32,000 nucleotides of DNA. Source: Candidatus Methylomirabilis limnetica. Its GTDB lineage: Bacteria > Methylomirabilota > Methylomirabilia > Methylomirabilales > Methylomirabilaceae. Within the stretch, counting starts at the first letter, position 1. The number at the start of each line of letters is the position of its first letter. Positions 17,103 to 24,819 of the stretch are shown one piece after another. The stretch is taken from the NCBI RefSeq assembly GCF_003044035.1, contig NZ_NVQC01000013.1, positions 1 through 32,000 on the forward strand. Direction: 5' to 3'. Both the position numbers and the translations under genes were made by a program. The notes beneath the pieces were generated by a model. It did not search any database, was not told the DNA's origin, and saw only the letters and a list, made by a program, of their open reading frames with translations.

Positions 17103-17654
17103 CCTTAAGAGTTCTTCCGGAATGAGCGAAGGTGGGGGCCGAGTCGTCAGCGCTGGACACGGGGATACCCCCCTCGCTCTCTCTTCGCCAAATGGGGAGA
17201 CAGAATTGAGTTCGTCAAAGCAGATCGAAGCCCGCCTGTCGTAAGATCCGAAGACGTCGTATGTGATAGTTATGAGCCAACCAAGGAATGCACGAGACAC
17301 ACGTAGACCCCCACCGAAGGCGCTTAATACTACGAATGAGCCGCGCGCGAACACGCATCATTGAGGATGGCTTGCCGGTCTCCGCACATCTAAGCTCGGT
17401 TCCTAGGTCTCGTCAGATTAACTATTAAGGTGAGCCGCCTTAGCCGGCTGCAAACGCCGGCAGACTATCTGCTGAGACTGCCAGGCTGCTTAAAACTGAA
17501 TTTAGCCGCAATATCCAACAGCTAACTGCACTGTCAAGAATTTTGTGATCGCCAAACAGAGGTTGTGCGCCGAGCCTCTTCCGACAACGCCGTGGGACTC
17601 AGGAGCGGAACGATCTCTGGTCCGTCGGGTTCTTTTCGTCCGCTGCCACTGGCA

Positions 17655-18182
17655 TCAGCCCCGGGGTATCTCCTCTTTTGCGCCGGCTTCCTTGAGGAGC
17701 TTCACGACCTCGTCCTCGCTCCTATTAAACGCTATAATCAAGGCCGTTACGCCCTTGTTAGTTTTGGCGTTCACATCCGCACCATGCGCGATCAGCGTCC
17801 GTACTACCTCGAGCTGGCCTTCCTGAGACGCCCAGAATAAGGCCGTTGCACCATTGTCCTGCCTGGCGTTCACATCCACGCCCTGCGCGAGCAGCGCCTG
17901 TACGACATCGAGATGGCCCGTAAGAGACGCTCTCATCAAGGCCGTCCAGCCCTCGTCAGTTTTGACGTGTACCCATGCGCCGTGCGCGATCAGTAGCTGT
18001 ACGACCTCGAGATGGCCTCGCAGAGACGCTCTCATCAAGGCCGTCCAGCCATATTCATCTTTGGCGTTCACATTCGCGCTCTTCGCGATCAGCGCTTGCA
18101 CGGCCTCGGGACGGCCTTCCTCAGCCGCTCTCATCAAGGCTGTTTTGCCGTGTTTATCGCCGGCGTTCACATCGTCGCTCAT
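17655..18182 (-). CDS. ankyrin-repeat protein (5 ANK repeats)
   Basis: GKTALMRAAEEGRPEAVQALIAKSANVNAKD / GWTALMRASLRGHLEVVQLLIAHGA... repeats with 33-aa period. The ATG at 18182 has AGGAGG 8 nt upstream; GTG at 18188 is an alternative start. No signal peptide. Confidence 0.9.
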   Translation of the reverse strand: MSDDVNAGDKHGKTALMRAAEEGRPEAVQALIAKSANVNAKDEYGWTALMRASLRGHLEVVQLLIAHGAWVHVKTDEGWTALMRASLTGHLDVVQALLAQGVDVNARQDNGATALFWASQEGQLEVVRTLIAHGADVNAKTNKGVTALIIAFNRSEDEVVKLLKEAGAKEEIPRG

Positions 18183-18729
18183 GGTCACCCCCTCCTTTAC
18201 GCTCTACGCGATCACTAGCCGTACGACCTCGACAGGGCCCCTCAGAAACACTCTCATAACCCTCGATCTCTCTTCCATTCCCGGAAGTGGCAGTTGCATT
18301 GACAGATGAGCCTATTCCTTACCACATTCTGATGTCATGTCAAGAGGTGTGCAAAAACCCTAAAATAGATTATAGAAAATGAGAAAATAGGGACAGACAC
18401 TATTTATCGTGACGATTCCTGCTGTTCACGGTCACGATCGTGCATATGTCAATGGTAATTGAAAAGTGTACCACCTCTGGTAGAGAAGTGTTTCAATCAG
18501 AGGACAACACGTAGAGGTTCACCTCCTTTCTGAAGTTGTGTGGCTTAGGCGGTAGGGGGCCTGGCGCGGACAGGCGGGATAGATCGCGGGTTGTTTCGGC
18601 GTGATGGCGTATGGTGGATACGCTGGACCCGCCCATCCAGGCCTGATGACGAGGAGAAGATCAGGTTCCACCAAGTTCCCGGTGAAGGCATTCTACCAGG
18701 CTGATGCACTAATCAGTGGAGGGTTTGGC

Positions 18730-19488
18730 TTAATTGGCTCGTTGGAACTGAAGATCGGCGAACGACGACTGGGCAGTTGATTTCGTGTGCTGGGAATTGA
18801 TCCAGATAGCAACACGCCCCACCTTGGGGAGTGAGCTCTGGCCGAAAAGTCGCACGTAGTCCTCGGCGACATTTCGGCGCTCCTGGACCCATTTGCCCAA
18901 CTGCTGCTTTCCACTCCGCAGGACAATGACCTTAATGGGGGTAATGGGGGAATGGCCGTCGGCAGTAGTTCCTGCGGGGGCATTACTATCCCAGAGGTAG
19001 CCGAGCATGGGGCTTCGTAGCCTGATAAGCGAGTTCGGGAAGATGACGTAGAGTTGGGCGGCCTGGTCATTTTTGTCCTTTTCACGGATGTCACCTGCCA
19101 GAGGAAAGCGATCTACCTTCCACCGCCAGCTCAGTATCGGAAACTCTTTTAGGTCCACCTCTATCACCTTGTGTAGCCCAAAAGAGCTCTCTTCACTCAC
19201 GAGGCGGATGCCGAACTGACCATCCTTAAGAGGCTCGAGCTTGATTTGATGATGGTTCTGAAAGGTTTCCAGATCCCAGCCGACCGGGATTCCCTTCTCA
19301 TTCATCGTCCCGCTGATGGGCAGGGGAATACTCGCCGGGTTGGGGGTGTGCTTTGCTGCAGACGTTAGCGATACAAGCCCTAGCAGTATCACTGCAAGAC
19401 CGACGAGCGCAGGCCAGATCCGATGCCGTGCCCCACGTTTTGGGTAGCCCAATGTTGTTGAGGTTGTCGGGATGATTGATGTGCTCAA
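18730..19488 (-). CDS. DUF3047-family protein with N-terminal membrane anchor or signal
   Basis: ...FPILSWRWKVDRFPLAGDIREKDKNDQAAQLYVIFP...RSPMLGYLWDS... TTG start with GAGGAGG 5 nt upstream. Confidence 0.7.
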   Translation of the reverse strand: MSTSIIPTTSTTLGYPKRGARHRIWPALVGLAVILLGLVSLTSAAKHTPNPASIPLPISGTMNEKGIPVGWDLETFQNHHQIKLEPLKDGQFGIRLVSEESSFGLHKVIEVDLKEFPILSWRWKVDRFPLAGDIREKDKNDQAAQLYVIFPNSLIRLRSPMLGYLWDSNAPAGTTADGHSPITPIKVIVLRSGKQQLGKWVQERRNVAEDYVRLFGQSSLPKVGRVAIWINSQHTKSTAQSSFADLQFQRAN

Positions 19489-19871
19489 CTCAGCCTCCTC
19501 GCCCGGGCATCACATCCAGGCCTGGTAGCGCCGCATTAGACCTAACGAGCAATCAGCGGTGGGCCTTCAGGTCTTGCTCGCAGGCTGACCGCTGCGTACT
19601 GATGGCTCGTGCGTATCTTCATAAGGAATGTCTAGTATCATAATGTAGTCATGATCTCGGTACAAGAGTTTACTTCAGGAAGTGTGTAACGGATGGTGAC
19701 TCCAAGTGTCGGCGGTGGGGTTCCGGGGCGCTCAGATTCAGGATCAGGAATAGACCAAGACCTCGACCAGGTAACAGTAGGAAACGATTGACAACTTGGG
19801 GGAGCGTATGCAATCCTACCAGACTGTCAGTCGCTTTGCCGGCGCACCGAGAATCTCCCTTGGAGTAGAGA

Positions 19872-20642
19872 ATGAATAACCCGTTAGAGGCCGTCGGACG
19901 CGCGGTTCTCAAGCAAGTGCAAGCCATGGGGCGCATGGCCATCTTCCTGGGTTCCACCGGTTTCTTGGCGGTCATGCCACCGCTGAAGTTCAGGCGTATT
20001 GTCGGTCAGGTCTATTTTATCGGGGTGCAGTCCAGCTCTATTATTCTTCTCACCGCGGCCTTCAGCGGAATGGTCCTAGGGCTTCAGGGGTACTACACGC
20101 TTCGTAAGTTCGGGTCCGAAGCCCTTCTCGGTCCGGCTGTTGGCCTGAGCCTGATCAAGGAGCTGGGGCCGGTGATGGCAGCCCTGATGGTGACGGCGCG
20201 GGCCGGATCGGCCTCTGCCGCAGAAATCGGCATCATGCGGATCACCGAGCAGATCGACGCGCTGGAGGCAATGGCCGTCAATCCCATGAAATACCTGGTG
20301 GTTCCTAAGGTGATCGCGGGACTGATTGCAGTCCCGCTCCTGACCGGCATCTTTGACGTGGTTGGTATCTATGGCGGCTACCTCGTTGGGGTAAAGCTGT
20401 TCGGTGTCAGTTCTGGCACCTATTTCTCCGAGATGCGGAACATGGTGGAGATGAGTGACATACGGGGCGGCTTCCTGAAGTCGCTGAGCTTCGGCCTCAT
20501 TATCACCTGGGTATGCACGTACAAGGGGTTTTATGCCGGGTATGGGGCCGAGGGCGTGGGAAGGGCGACAACAGAGGCGGTAGTGCTCTCGTCGGTACTG
20601 GTACTGGTCTGGAACTACGTTATGACCGCCGTCCTATTTTAA
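19872..20642 (+). CDS. mlaE: Mla-type ABC transporter permease
   Basis: ...GPAVGLSLIKELGPVMAALMVTARAGSASAAEIGIMRITEQIDALEAMAVNP...: family-typical sequence. Confidence 0.9.
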   Translation: MNNPLEAVGRAVLKQVQAMGRMAIFLGSTGFLAVMPPLKFRRIVGQVYFIGVQSSSIILLTAAFSGMVLGLQGYYTLRKFGSEALLGPAVGLSLIKELGPVMAALMVTARAGSASAAEIGIMRITEQIDALEAMAVNPMKYLVVPKVIAGLIAVPLLTGIFDVVGIYGGYLVGVKLFGVSSGTYFSEMRNMVEMSDIRGGFLKSLSFGLIITWVCTYKGFYAGYGAEGVGRATTEAVVLSSVLVLVWNYVMTAVLF

Positions 20643-20647
20643 ACTGG

Positions 20648-21415
20648 ATGATCCAGATCATTGATCTTTACAAAAGGTTTGAGCGGCAACAGGTACTCAA
20701 TGGGGTGAACCTGACCATTCCACGGGGGCAGGTTACGGCTATTATTGGGAGGAGTGGAGGCGGGAAAAGCGTGCTGCTCAAGCACCTTATCGGCCTCATG
20801 CGACCGGATAGCGGTCAGGTGCTGGTTGATGGGATCGACCTCGGCCGGCTCCGCGGTAAAGCCTTGGATCAGGTACGCGAAAAGTTCGGCGTCTTGTTTC
20901 AAGGGGGCGCCTTATTTGACTCGATGACGGTGTTAGACAATGTTGCCTTCCCGCTGCGAGAAAAGACCCGGCTGTCAGAAGGCGAGATCGCCAAGCGCGC
21001 CATGCAGCGGCTGGAGGCCGTGGGTCTTGCTGATATGGCGCATAAATATTCCGCAGAACTCAGCGGAGGGATGAGGAAGAGGGCAGCTCTGGCCCGAGCC
21101 TTGGTCCATGATCCGGAGATTATTCTTTTTGACGAGCCGACGACGGGCCTCGATCCGATCCTGTTGCACTCTATCCACCGTTTGATTCTGGACGCCCACA
21201 AGCGCTTCGGATTCACCGCCGTAGTGGTCAGCCACGAGATTCCGGAGATTTTCGACATCGCCCAGACGGTAGCGATGCTCGATAATGGGATTATCGTGGA
21301 GCACAATAGTCCAGAGGCCATCATGGCCTCCGCCAATCCTATTATCCGGCAGTTCATCACCGGGACCAGCAATAGCGAGACTGGTCCGGAGCAGGCCAAC
21401 CGATCTGGCGTGTAG
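20648..21415 (+). CDS. mlaF: Mla-type ABC transporter ATPase
   Basis: MIQIIDLYKRF..., Walker A GRSGGGKS, signature LSGGMRKR, Walker B IILFDEPTTGLD. Start at ATG 20648, 6 nt after the mlaE stop. Confidence 0.9.
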   Translation: MIQIIDLYKRFERQQVLNGVNLTIPRGQVTAIIGRSGGGKSVLLKHLIGLMRPDSGQVLVDGIDLGRLRGKALDQVREKFGVLFQGGALFDSMTVLDNVAFPLREKTRLSEGEIAKRAMQRLEAVGLADMAHKYSAELSGGMRKRAALARALVHDPEIILFDEPTTGLDPILLHSIHRLILDAHKRFGFTAVVVSHEIPEIFDIAQTVAMLDNGIIVEHNSPEAIMASANPIIRQFITGTSNSETGPEQANRSGV

Positions 21416-21468
21416 TTTCTGGCGATGTCGACAGGGTTCTTCGGGGACCAAGACGGAGGGCGAGATCA

Positions 21469-21909
21469 ATGAAGCGACTGACTATGGAAACGCTGGTAGG
21501 GTTATTCGTGGTGGTGGGAATCGTAAGCATGGGTTACCTCTCGATCAAGCTCGGAAAGCTTGAGGTGGTCAGCGAACGAGGATATACTGTCCTGGCCGCG
21601 TTCGACTCAGTCGCAGGCTTGAAGCAGGGGGCGGTGATTGAGATCGCCGGGGTAGCGGTAGGTAGGGTTAAAGCGATAGGCTTGGAGAACTATCGAGCCG
21701 TCGTCGCTATGAGGATCGACACTGGTATTGAACTTCAGGATGATGCAATCGTCTCGATCCGGACAAAGGGGTTAATCGGTGAGAAGTATGTGAGGATTAC
21801 ACCCGGGGGCTCTGAAAAACTGGTCCAGCCGGGAGGTAAGCTTCGGGACACCGAAGACCCCATAGACATAGAGAATCTCATCTCGAATTATATTTTTGGT
21901 AAGATCTAG
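21469..21909 (+). CDS. mlaD: MCE-domain substrate-binding protein
   Basis: N-terminal TM helix then MCE domain (...AAFDSVAGLKQGAVIEIAGVAVGRVKAI...SIRTKGLIGEKYV.I.PG). 146 aa, shorter than my recollection of E. coli MlaD. Confidence 0.85.
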   Translation: MKRLTMETLVGLFVVVGIVSMGYLSIKLGKLEVVSERGYTVLAAFDSVAGLKQGAVIEIAGVAVGRVKAIGLENYRAVVAMRIDTGIELQDDAIVSIRTKGLIGEKYVRITPGGSEKLVQPGGKLRDTEDPIDIENLISNYIFGKI

Positions 21910-21966
21910 ACGGAAGAGGCAACCTGTACAGCTTATGTTGAACCGTTGCTCTCGAAGGAGTCGCCC

Positions 21967-23358
21967 ATGATGAATGCAGGACGAGTGAGACAAGCACATT
22001 GGATTGTGTTGCCCCTGGCGCTCATTACAACGGTGGCTGCCATACGGCCGACGTCTGCGCAACCGCCGGCTCCGAAGGCCGTCTACACCCTGAAAGATCT
22101 AATCGGGCGGACCCTGGCTATAAGCCCGGAGATACGTCAGATGCAGAGAGGCGCCGAGGTGGCGATGGCGAAGAAGGATCAGGCCGATGCCGGACGATTT
22201 CCGCAGATCGAGGTGACTGCGATAGTGGGACCGTCGTCTCGCGCCCGCGGCGACGCGGCGAGCTCTCCTGACAGAAAGGACGATCCCACTGTCAATAATG
22301 TGTTCGAGCGAGTCGAGATGAAGCTGGTCCAACCCCTCTATACCTTTGGAAAGCTTACGGGCTTTCGTAGCGCTGCGGAAGAGGGGGTGAAGGTCGAGAA
22401 GGCAAAGGTGGAGGAGAAGGCCGCTGACCTGATCTTACGGGTTAAGGAGCTGTACTATAGCCGACTGATGGCGAGCGACATGCTTGGGTTGATTGACGAG
22501 ATCAGCGGGGATCTCGACAAGGCGATTGTGAAGACGACACGGCGGCTCAAGGCTGAAGTGCCGGGCGCTGACGAGATAGATCTATACAAACTGAAGGCGT
22601 TCCGAGGCGAGGTGTTGAAGAACAGGGAAGAGGCCCAAAAAGGGTTTGATCTGGCCACGGGCGCCCTGATGTTCTACGCAGGTCTTAATCGCACGCAACC
22701 GTTTGAGCTGGATGCGATAGGGCTGGAGGCCTCCCCTAAGGATGTGGAACCGGTAGATCGAGGGATGGGTATGGCGCTGGAGCTACGTCCAGAGATGGCT
22801 CAGGTGCGGGCAGGGCTCAAGGCTACGGAAGCGCTGGTCATGGCAGAGGAGAGTAACCTGTATCCCCAGTTCTTCGCCGCAGTAAACAGCGTGTACGCCC
22901 AGGCGGGAAATCGAACCCGACAGCAGAATCCCTTTGCTTTCGATCCGCTGAACGATCGCTATGCCGTGATTGTTCTTGGCTTCAAGTACGACCTTGACTT
23001 CGGAATCACCAGAGGAAAGATCCGGGCGGCTCAGGCGGAGCACCTCAAAGTCAGTGAGACGAAGCAGTTTGCAGAGCAAGGGATCCCGTTACAGGTGCGT
23101 AAGGCTCATCGAGAGCTCGCTGAGGCACAGGAGACACTTAAGGCCACGGAGGATGGGTGGCGGAACGCGAAGAAATGGCTGGTGGCAGCTAAAGCGAACT
23201 ACGATCTAGGAGTCGGGGAGTCCAGGGACCTAGGCCAAGCTGCGGAGACATACGCCAAGCTGCGGGCAGACAACTTCAAAGCCATGTACAATTACAACCT
23301 TTCGCTTGCGAATATCGAGTACGCCACAGGGCGAGCCGTAAAGGAGGAGGCAAAGTGA
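21967..23358 (+). CDS. TolC-family outer-membrane channel protein
   Basis: Signal peptide (...AAIRPTSAQ), then two OEP-type repeats (LKDLIGRTLAISPEIRQ... and ALELRPEMAQVRAGLKATEA...). AAGGAG lies 6 nt before the ATG at 21967. Confidence 0.8.
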   Translation: MMNAGRVRQAHWIVLPLALITTVAAIRPTSAQPPAPKAVYTLKDLIGRTLAISPEIRQMQRGAEVAMAKKDQADAGRFPQIEVTAIVGPSSRARGDAASSPDRKDDPTVNNVFERVEMKLVQPLYTFGKLTGFRSAAEEGVKVEKAKVEEKAADLILRVKELYYSRLMASDMLGLIDEISGDLDKAIVKTTRRLKAEVPGADEIDLYKLKAFRGEVLKNREEAQKGFDLATGALMFYAGLNRTQPFELDAIGLEASPKDVEPVDRGMGMALELRPEMAQVRAGLKATEALVMAEESNLYPQFFAAVNSVYAQAGNRTRQQNPFAFDPLNDRYAVIVLGFKYDLDFGITRGKIRAAQAEHLKVSETKQFAEQGIPLQVRKAHRELAEAQETLKATEDGWRNAKKWLVAAKANYDLGVGESRDLGQAAETYAKLRADNFKAMYNYNLSLANIEYATGRAVKEEAK

Positions 23359-24020
23359 TCGCGAAGCAGTCCGATACCAGGAACAGATGGAAGGCGCTGG
23401 TGCTTGCCGGAGCAACCATGGCGGTCTTGTGGACACCGGGACTTGGTCTTGCCGGTCCGGCGACAGATCAGATCAAGGGGACCATGGACCAGGTATTAAA
23501 GATCTTGACCGACCCGACTCTCAAGGGTGAGCAGAAGACCAAGGAGCGTCGGGCTAAGCTCCACAAGATCGTGGTGGAACAATTTGATTTCTCTGAGATG
23601 TCAAAGCGCTCCATGGGTCGGAACTGGAGCGCGCGTACTCCAGAGGAGCGCACCGAATTCATTCGTCTTTTTACCGACTTATTGGAACGGACCTATATCG
23701 ACCGAGTCGAGGGGTACACGGGCGAGCAGATCTTGTACCTGGAGGAGACGTCGGATGGAAACTATTCCGAGGTTCGGACTAAGATCATAACTAAACGGAA
23801 TCAGGAAGTTCCAATCTTCTACCGTGTGCAGAAGACCGACTCTAAGTGGGAGGTCTACGATATTATCATCGAGGGTGTAAGCCTGGTGAATAACTATCGT
23901 ACTCAGTTCAGCAAGATCATTCGCACCTCCTCCTACCAGAATCTGGTAAAGAAGATGCAGGCTAAATTCGAGGATGAGAAGATGGCGGAGACTGACTCTC
24001 CCAAGTCGAAGGTTCGGTGA
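23355..24020 (+). CDS. mlaC: periplasmic phospholipid-binding protein (MlaC/Ttg2D family)
   Basis: ...FDFSEMSKRSMGRNWSARTPEERTEFIRLFTDLLERTYIDRV...WEVYDIIIEGVSLVNNYRTQF... GTG start overlaps the TolC-like stop (GTGA); AAGGAGGAGG upstream. Confidence 0.85.
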   Translation: MIAKQSDTRNRWKALVLAGATMAVLWTPGLGLAGPATDQIKGTMDQVLKILTDPTLKGEQKTKERRAKLHKIVVEQFDFSEMSKRSMGRNWSARTPEERTEFIRLFTDLLERTYIDRVEGYTGEQILYLEETSDGNYSEVRTKIITKRNQEVPIFYRVQKTDSKWEVYDIIIEGVSLVNNYRTQFSKIIRTSSYQNLVKKMQAKFEDEKMAETDSPKSKVR

Positions 24021-24033
24021 AGAAGGAGTCGCT

Positions 24034-24243
24034 ATGACAGGAGATATTCAGAGCCTTTACCATAAGATCATAATCTGGTGCGCCACTGGTCATCCGGCGT
24101 ATCTCTCATCGGACATGGCGAAAAGCTTCAGCGACTATCTGCTGAGTTTCCTCAAATCGGCTGAAGGGGAGAGATTCCTGCGGACCCTAGGCTATGTCCG
24201 GATAGTCGAATCTTCCGGGGACAGGCAGAGCGGGGAGATCTGA
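24034..24243 (+). CDS. hypothetical 69-aa protein, last gene of the Mla cluster
   Basis: AAGGAG lies 5 nt before the ATG at 24034. No recognisable domain; not STAS/MlaB-like by eye. Confidence 0.45.
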   Translation: MTGDIQSLYHKIIIWCATGHPAYLSSDMAKSFSDYLLSFLKSAEGERFLRTLGYVRIVESSGDRQSGEI

Positions 24244-24248
24244 CCGAC

Positions 24249-24479
24249 TTACTTTTCCCCGTGCCGTTGTAACTCCAGAAGGATCCTTTCGAGAGACTCC
24301 TTGGCGTGCCGCGCCTGTTCCACATGGGCGCCCATAAGCTGAATCAACTCATTCCGCATGGTCGGTCTAAGCGGTGTAAGGAAACGCACAATCCCTTGCA
24401 GCGCTCCGTCGATCGCCTCTACCGCGGCCTGTATCTGTTCCCTGATCGCCTCTTCTGCCTGTGATTGTTCCTCTGTCAA
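24249..24479 (-). CDS. hypothetical helical 76-aa protein (TTG start)
   Basis: ORF with heptad-like helical sequence and a weak RBS. Convergent with the Mla cluster. Confidence 0.4.
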   Translation of the reverse strand: MTEEQSQAEEAIREQIQAAVEAIDGALQGIVRFLTPLRPTMRNELIQLMGAHVEQARHAKESLERILLELQRHGEK

Positions 24480-24522
24480 GTTGAAATACCTTTCTGGCTT
24501 TTCAGCTCATTCAGGAGACCGA

Positions 24523-24705
24523 GTAACTACTCAAGGTAGATAGACTGTAGGCTTTTAGACTATAGGTACGCGCACAGATGAGCCAGGCGTTTTCTGAATG
24601 CGCTGCGAACATGATGGAGGCCGAAAAGGTTCCGGGCGCCTTGCTTCGGTCCATGCGCAACGACTAACAGCCTTCAGCCTACAGCCTAAACACTTGAGTA
24701 GTTAC
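24523..24705 (+). mobile_element. MITE-like non-autonomous element, copy L (183 bp)
   Basis: Termini GTAACTACTCAAG ... CTTGAGTAGTTAC are perfect 13-bp terminal inverted repeats. Subterminal TAGACTGTAGGCT / AGCCTACAGCCTA extend the inverted repeat. About 88% identical by eye to the reverse complement of 27322-27505. Confidence 0.75.
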
Positions 24706-24819
24706 ACCTGCCCATCAACCCGAGTTTACACGACGTATCCTCTCGGAACAAGGGAATCACACGAGACGAGCCGAGGTGGTTGAAGCGACGGGCGCGATCT
24801 GCTAATCTCATAAGTCAAG

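Noticed and set aside
17440-17510. Possible tmRNA tag-like sequence (...caggctgcttaa, reading QAA*).
   Set aside because: An in-frame TGA lies five codons upstream, there is no GGGGCTGA 5' end, and no tRNA-like T-arm/CCA end is nearby on either strand.
17655-18188. Regular ~99-bp DNA periodicity that could be mistaken for a repeat array or CRISPR.
   Set aside because: The period equals the 33-aa ankyrin repeat of a continuous ORF, and there is no spacer/repeat structure.
24598-24783. ORFs 24598-24783 (+) and 27173-27451 (-), which share ...RKGSGRL.SVHAQ.LTAFSLQPKHLSSY.
   Set aside because: The shared peptide is simply the MITE read through. Both ORFs start or end in unrelated flanking DNA and have no RBS.
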